DNA of 62,998 nt, the filler included, from Circinaria calcarea (taxonomy: Eukaryota), in assembly GCA_051942165.1 (NCBI GenBank). It is 35 parts of 35 records of this genome, joined end to end, with 100 filler letters (N's around TTAATTAATTAA, not from the genome) between each part and the next. Parts side by side here need not be neighbours in the genome. Positions count along the whole stretch, not along the records: positions 61,308 to 62,998 come from JAVECS010004338.1; 34 more parts are not named here. One strand, written 5' to 3'. Made by a program: the position numbers and the translations under genes. Below, in pieces: positions 62,203 through 62,998 of this stretch; the first letter of the stretch is position 1; every line of letters begins with the position of its first letter. The notes under the pieces were generated by a model. That model searched no databases. It saw only the letters and a list, made by a program, of their open reading frames with translations, and had not been told where the DNA came from.

Positions 62203-62998
62203 TCAGACAAATTCGACCGTTTCGGCCAATCTGAGCAGCTCCTCCAGACTCGAGAACTTTAATTTACCAAAGTATTTGTCCCGCTGTTCGAGGGTTTTTT
62301 CCCGAGGGCACGCTGAAGCACCAGCAACTGTCCATTGGTCCAGATGAGCCGCTTCAAGTTCAGCTGCATCCTTGGTGTTTGTACATGCTGCTTCGATTTC
62401 TTCCACCGACTTGTAAGATTTCTTTAGGGGGCGGCCTATAGGTAACGGTCATTCAATGCCTTGAGTCAAATACAAAGGTAACTTTCTGACCGTAGAAATT
62501 CTCCATGATCTCAACTGCCTTGTTGAATGTGCTCCATTCGCCGGCAACGTACGTGACTGGCTCCTGAGAAATAGTAAATTTTTCGCCATTGACGCAGCAG
62601 GACCCCGTATGCAACAAATGTTCCTTTAACGTATACATACCCACTCAGACGCTTCAAGTAACTCAGCCACAGCTCTCCCAACCTCCCGTGCGGATGTCCA
62701 AGCCTGCAACTCGTCACCAGTTCCTCGGATGCAGGCTCGCCAGTTGTTAGGATCAATGGGGAACTGTTCGGGCAAGGGCGGCATATATGTCTTTCTCTGG
62801 GGCAAGAAGTAGTCTGCGAACCATCCGTTGTTGAATAGAGTCCACTCGATGCCACTCGATTCCTTGAGAATCTTGCGGAAAGGCTCCCGGCTACTGGCAT
62901 ACTCTGCGGGCAGCAATGGATAATCAACAATGTTCCCGGCCCACTCGGAAGGGATGAAACGTTTGCATCCTTTGGATTTCAAACAGGCATGGAGAAGC
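62203..62998 (-). CDS. NmrA-like / isoflavone-reductase-like NAD(P)-binding protein, 5'-truncated
   Basis: CKRFIPSEWAG, EWTLFNNGWFADY, I.GTGDE..WTSAREVGRAV and W|EPVTYVAGE. Introns 62564-62640 and 62436-62490. Confidence 0.88.

Overview
This window is not a continuous locus. It is 35 short contigs, with lengths falling stepwise from 1717 to 1691 bp, joined by 34 artificial 100-bp linkers (N44-TTAATTAATTAA-N44). Adjacency across a linker therefore means nothing biologically, and no multi-gene system can be inferred between contigs. The content is filamentous ascomycete (Pezizomycotina) DNA with short GT-AG introns and CTAAC-type branch sites. It holds mostly truncated nuclear genes: atg1, velB, csn1, guf1, queuine tRNA-ribosyltransferase, Ama1-like, Pol X, RasGAP, REX1-type exonuclease, GH55, two GMC oxidoreductases, two SDRs, an NLR-like gene, a caspase-fold protein and others. 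It also holds one AT-rich mitochondrial-type contig (cob 3' end), a LINE retroelement, MITE-like elements and RIP-like decayed repeats. The most unusual observations are: a ~400-codon single-frame ORF behind cob broken only by three TAA codons; an uncharacterised caspase-fold (HG/DCC) two-domain protein; a secreted protein with an amphipathic peptide right after a putative processing site; MITE-like insertions just upstream of csn1 and of the NLR-like gene; a 38-bp perfect palindrome; and sharp RIP-like signatures in the LINE and in a FAD-oxidase pseudogene. All family calls come from motif recognition by eye; no searches were run.
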